A stretch of DNA of 10,526 bases. Source: Nitrospirota bacterium. GTDB taxonomy: Bacteria > Nitrospirota > UBA9217. The notes beneath the pieces were generated by a model. That model worked only from the letters and a program-made list of their open reading frames with translations. It was not told the DNA's origin and ran no database searches. How positions within the stretch are numbered: the stretch's first letter is position 1; every line of letters starts with the position of its first letter. The stretch lies in contig CAVUHW010000029.1 in the NCBI GenBank assembly GCA_963741205.1, positions 1 to 10,526 on the forward strand, given 5' to 3'. Shown here one piece after another: positions 6,955-10,526 of the stretch. The position numbers were made by a program, and so were the translations under genes.

Positions 6955-7617
6955 ATGAAAATAAATAAAATCGGTATCGTGGGATCAGGTAATATCGGGG
7001 GCACTCTTGGAATTCTGCTCGCAAAGGCAGGATACGAAATCTACTATAGCTCACGACACCCGGATACTCTCAAAGACCTTGCCAGGACCGCCGGGCCCAA
7101 AGCCCGCACCGGGTCCGTTGCTGAAGCAATCGCATTTGGAGATGTGATCGTACTGTCGCTTCCGTTGAAGGCGTTGCCGGAGCTTGACGCCGAGGAAAAG
7201 AAAGCCCTGAAAGGCAAGATCGTGATTGACACGTCGAATCCTTACCCGGAAAGGGATGGGGTGATCGCAGAAGAGGCAAGAAAAGAACCGGGCGGCATGG
7301 GCGTCTTTGTGTCCCGTCTTCTGCCGGGCGCCAGAATAGTACGGGCATTCAATACGGTTTATTTTAAAGACCTCAAAAAAACAACGAACAAAAGCGGTGA
7401 AAAGATCGGGATCCCGATAGCCAGCGACGATCAGGAGGGATTGAAAGCGTGCATCGAGCTTGTGGAGCGTGCGGGTCTTGACCCTGTTGTCGTCGGGAGC
7501 TTGAGCACATCGAAATTGTTCGATGTTGGAGCAGCCGTGTATGCAACGAGCGCCCCGGCAAAAGAGATCAAAGAAAAACTAAACTTAAAACCCGCGGGGT
7601 CAAAGCGTGCGGCGTAG
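6955..7617 (+). CDS. NADPH-dependent F420 reductase family oxidoreductase (F420_oxidored, COG2085-like)
   Basis: Rossmann motif IGIVGSGNIG, NADP-type SSRHP, GKIVIDTSNP, VRAFNT and GLDPVVVG. Confidence 0.9.
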   Translation: MKINKIGIVGSGNIGGTLGILLAKAGYEIYYSSRHPDTLKDLARTAGPKARTGSVAEAIAFGDVIVLSLPLKALPELDAEEKKALKGKIVIDTSNPYPERDGVIAEEARKEPGGMGVFVSRLLPGARIVRAFNTVYFKDLKKTTNKSGEKIGIPIASDDQEGLKACIELVERAGLDPVVVGSLSTSKLFDVGAAVYATSAPAKEIKEKLNLKPAGSKRAA

Positions 7618-7727
7618 CCGGCTCAAACAGCGTCGCGGAATGGGTCTGTGAAAGCTTCACCTTATCCTTGAGGAAAAGAGACAATTCTGCCGTTAAAGAC
7701 CTAACCGGACAAGCCGGAAAAGCTTTT

Positions 7728-7832
7728 TTTAGCCACAGAGGTCACAGAGAACACAGAGGGAAACGAAAACAGTATGAAGTTATTAACAACTTTAAGCCTT
7801 TCTCTGTGCCCTCTGTGTCCTCTGTGGCTAAA
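7728..7832. repeat. CACAGAG-type inverted repeat element (MITE-like), possible bidirectional terminator
   Basis: Arms TTTAGCCACAGAGGTCACAGAGAACACAGAGG (7728-7759) and TCTCTGTGCCCTCTGTGTCCTCTGTGGCTAAA (7801-7832) pair at 28/32. Each arm has three 9-bp CACAGAG units. The element lies between convergent genes. Confidence 0.88.
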
Positions 7833-7924
7833 TTTTCTTGCCGTTCTGAGTAGGATTTGATTTTTTAGTTACTAAGAGGTGCAATCGACATCCCGCCACC
7901 TGAGAGGGTTCTTCGTGCGGAGCC

Positions 7925-8929
7925 TTATCGTGCGATGTAATCAGCGAGATCGAGCAGGCGCCGCGCATAACCGTATTCGTTGTCATACCAGACAAACGCC
8001 TTGACCACCCGGTCCGTAAGGACCTTGGTGGCGTTGGCGTCCACGATGCCCGAATGTTCGTCCCCGATAATATCGGCGGACACCAACTCATCCTCGGTGT
8101 ATCCCAGGATGCCCCTCATGTCTCCCTCTGAAGCCCTTTTAAATACAGCGTTCACCATCTCAGAGGTCACGTCTTGTTTCACATGGGCCGTGATGTCGGT
8201 GAGTGAGCCGTTGGCAACAGGCACGCGCACCGCTATGGCGGATATTTTCCCCTTGAGTTCGGGAAGCACCCGCTCCGTGGCCGTGGCGGCCCCGGTACTG
8301 GATGGTATCAGCGAGACAGCGGCAGCCCGTCCCCGTCGCCGGTGCCGCGGGGAAGAGCTGTCTATGAGGGCCTGGCTGGCGGTATAGGCATGGATTGTCG
8401 TGGCCATCAGGTAATCGATGCCGAAGGCGTCATTCAGTACCTTGACGGCCGTTGCCAGACAGTTCGTCGTACAGGAAGCGTTGGAGAGGATATGGTGTTT
8501 TTGGGGGTTGTAGGCTTTCTCGTTCACTCCCAGGACCACGGTCAGATCTTCGTTTTTCGCTTCAGCGCTGATAATGACTTTCGATGCGCCGGCTGTCAGG
8601 TGTTTGGCTGCGTCTTCCCTCTTTAAGAAACGTCCGGTGCATTCCAGGACGATGTCAACGCCCAAAGCCCGCCAGGGTAATTTTTCAGGGTCCCTTTCAT
8701 GGGAGATTGCCACTCTCGTAGACCCGAGCTGGAGATAGTCCGATCCTGTTTTTATATCGAAGGGGGCCCGTCCGTGGACAGAATCGTATTTGATAAGATA
8801 GGCGAGCTCTTCAACCGGGGCCGGGCTGTTGGCCGCAACTAAGGTCACATGCTCCGGTGTGTTTGATAGATACTGGCGCAAGGCCAGGCGTCCGATGCGT
8901 CCAAGGCCATTAATGGCGATTTTTTTCAT
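7925..8929 (-). CDS. gap: Type I glyceraldehyde-3-phosphate dehydrogenase (334 aa)
   Basis: Motifs INGLGRIGR, YDSVHG, ECTG, catalytic SNASCTTNCLA, TTIHAYT, IPSSTGAA, RVPVANGS and WYDNEYGY. Start moved to ATG 8929 (MKKIAING) because of the GAGGAGG RBS at 8942-8936. Confidence 0.97.
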   Translation of the reverse strand: MKKIAINGLGRIGRLALRQYLSNTPEHVTLVAANSPAPVEELAYLIKYDSVHGRAPFDIKTGSDYLQLGSTRVAISHERDPEKLPWRALGVDIVLECTGRFLKREDAAKHLTAGASKVIISAEAKNEDLTVVLGVNEKAYNPQKHHILSNASCTTNCLATAVKVLNDAFGIDYLMATTIHAYTASQALIDSSSPRHRRRGRAAAVSLIPSSTGAATATERVLPELKGKISAIAVRVPVANGSLTDITAHVKQDVTSEMVNAVFKRASEGDMRGILGYTEDELVSADIIGDEHSGIVDANATKVLTDRVVKAFVWYDNEYGYARRLLDLADYIAR

Positions 8930-8954
8930 GAAGGGCCTCCTCAATCCGCAACCA

Positions 8955-8982
8955 GAGGGAACGACAATTATCAAGCCGCAAG
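8955..8982. repeat. Copy 2 of the 28-bp dispersed direct repeat
   Basis: GAGGGAACGACAATTATCAAGCCGCAAG, in the same orientation as 6783-6810 and 2172 bp away. Confidence 0.8.
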
Positions 8983-9031
8983 GCTGGGACCCACAAGATT
9001 CCGCGACTGGCGCTCCTTAGATGTTCGTGGT

Positions 9032-10175
9032 TTACATCGGAGAGACCGATACCATAAGCGGCCAAGTGTATGTGCCGGGCCGCGCATGTTCAGATAACAC
9101 AAAATGGTAGCTGATATCAAGAACTGCGCCGCCGCGAACATATGGCTGAGGGACCCAACCGCCTGTCGGAGGAAGCAGAATTTCCCTGCCGCCGACGTTC
9201 ACCTGTACCGAGGAGAACAGAGGATAGGGGCCGCTCATGACTTTAAAGGTCAGCAAGTATCCGGCGGGATTATTGCTCTTGACGTTAATGCGGGAAGCCG
9301 TCGGAATATTGATAAAACCCTGCTGAATATCGGCATTCGTAACTATCAGTTCCCGGGCCTGGGAGATAAGTTCCATGTTTGTATGTTCGAGGACCCGTGC
9401 TGTTACAGTGATATTCGCGTTATGATGGGGCTTCCGGCATGGGCCTCCTGCACGGCGCAGATGAGGTTCGATAGGGATAAGACCTCAATAAGGGCGGCGG
9501 TCAAGAGCATTTGCTGAATCCGCAAGACGTGAGAGACCTGCTCGGGCTTGAGATAGCCTGCCTTGACAAGGAGTTCCTCGGTTTTCTTTTCGGAAAGTTT
9601 CTGGCTCTCAAGGACATCATTGAGCTGCCCCCGGGTGATCTGGCCGCTAGCCACCAGGAGTTCATCGAGCCACAGCTTTTCCCACCCGGGGAAACAGCAC
9701 TGCAGATTGTCTTGGAATGTCAGGATCGCTGTGCAGCTCCTGTTCGAGGAGCAATCGACTACGAACCAATACCTCACCGAGTTTTTCGCCGGTGCGCTGT
9801 TGCTCCCGGAGGGCAAGATCGAGTTGCGCGCAATTAATTCGCTGGGCCTTGAGTAACAGATCGCCGAGGAGCATATGGATACCGGCGTCCCATTTTGACA
9901 GCGGTCTGCGGAGACGCCGGATCTTTCTGAATGGCAAGGACGGCCCTGAGTTCAAGGGGATGTAAAACCCCCATGTTGACGAGGATTTCTCCAAGCCGAT
10001 TATTCGTCGCTTTTTGCCGTTCAAACGCTGCATCGAGATCGTAAGGGGTAATGAATCCGCCATCCACCAGGATGGTGCCGAGCAGACGCCTGGTCGTCTT
10101 TAAGAGGGCGGGATGATTTGCGATGTTGACGTCTGACCATAAATACCCTTTTATAATCAGTGGTTCTCGTTTCAA
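9032..10175 (-). pseudogene. Frameshifted gene for a triple-MshEN-domain protein with an internal signal/TM segment and a C-terminal beta-rich pilin-like domain (about 380 aa restored)
   Basis: Six MshEN-type motifs across three frames: LLGTILVDGG...FERQ, RLGEILVNMG...LAIQ, LLGDLLLKAQ...LREQ, KLGEVLVRSR...LTFQ, WLDELLVASG...LESQ, KTEELLVKAG...LRIQ. Joined by removing one base at about 9890, removing one at about 9732 and adding one in the G4 run at 9427-9430. The start codon (TTG 10175) is uncertain. Confidence 0.82.
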
Positions 10176-10368
10176 GAGATATGCTGAGTTTTTTTCTCCA
10201 CTCCTGTCTCAACATATCATACATAAGGTTTTTTCGTTGTGCGGGTTGTAGACGCAGCGGCGCAGCCGATGGCTTGACCGTGGGAGGGATTGACATTCCT
10301 TATGTATCCAGATGCACGAATATCGATTCTTAATTAATGGTCTTATAATAATATGGACAACAGTCTAT

Positions 10369-10458
10369 AACCCATCCCCTTCTTCGTCTCCCCCTTAAAG
10401 GGGGAGAAGTATAATCCCACCCTCCCTTTCAAGGGGAGGGCCGGGGTGGGGATGGGTT
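10369..10458. repeat. CCCCTCCC/AAGGGGAGGG-type double-hairpin palindromic repeat
   Basis: Outer inverted repeat AACCCATCCCC (10369-10379) / GGGGATGGGTT (10448-10458) encloses two hairpins: TCTCCCCCTT-A-AAGGGGGAGA (10387-10407) and CCCTCCCTTT-C-AAGGGGAGGG (10420-10440). Confidence 0.88.
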
Positions 10459-10526
10459 TCACAGGTAAAACAGTATGTACGGCCTATTTTGAGACCTCTA
10501 CAGAGGGACAAAATTCGCTTGGCATA

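Noticed and set aside
7647-7663. Rex-like palindrome GTGAA-AGC-TTCAC
   Set aside because: The spacing is one base short of TTGTGAA-N4-TTCACAA, and it lies downstream of convergent genes rather than in a promoter.
7668-7853. 61-aa ORF (SHRGHREHRG...SVPSVSSVAK)
   Set aside because: It is a translation of the CACAGAG inverted repeat.
8930-8974. TTG-start extension of gap
   Set aside because: GAPDH homology begins at MKKIAING, which has a strong RBS. The extension lies within the 28-bp repeat and the RBS.
10021-10296. 91-aa minus-strand ORF
   Set aside because: It has no recognisable motif and overlaps the MshEN gene out of frame. Its internal ATG at 10140 could be the true MshEN start only with a further frameshift.

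Overview
Bacterial chromosomal window, probably an accessory or mosaic region. The moderately high GC and repeat families recall Nitrospirota or Desulfobacterota, but that is an inference. Plus strand: a small 82-aa gene, several palindromic intergenic repeats, an uncharacterised 258-aa acidic-tailed protein directly upstream of comEC/rec2 (split by a +1 and a -1 frameshift), then a 7-bp tandem repeat. Minus strand: a signal-less TolB-like beta-propeller, a probable NAD(P)H-oxidoreductase gene remnant, an unannotated 45-aa K/Q-rich small protein, a YbcJ-like S4 protein and a secreted STI1-like protein. Next come an NADPH-dependent F420-reductase-family gene and a convergent GAPDH with NADP-type residues; this pair is bracketed by a 25/28-identical direct repeat. 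The last gene is broken by three frameshifts and, once rejoined, encodes three tandem MshEN (c-di-GMP-binding) domains, an internal signal-peptide-like segment and a pilin-like beta domain. Best novelty candidates: the MshEN-signal-pilin-like fusion, the SSB-like gene beside comEC, and the direct-repeat-bounded NADP(H) module. All family calls come from motifs read by eye; no searches were run.
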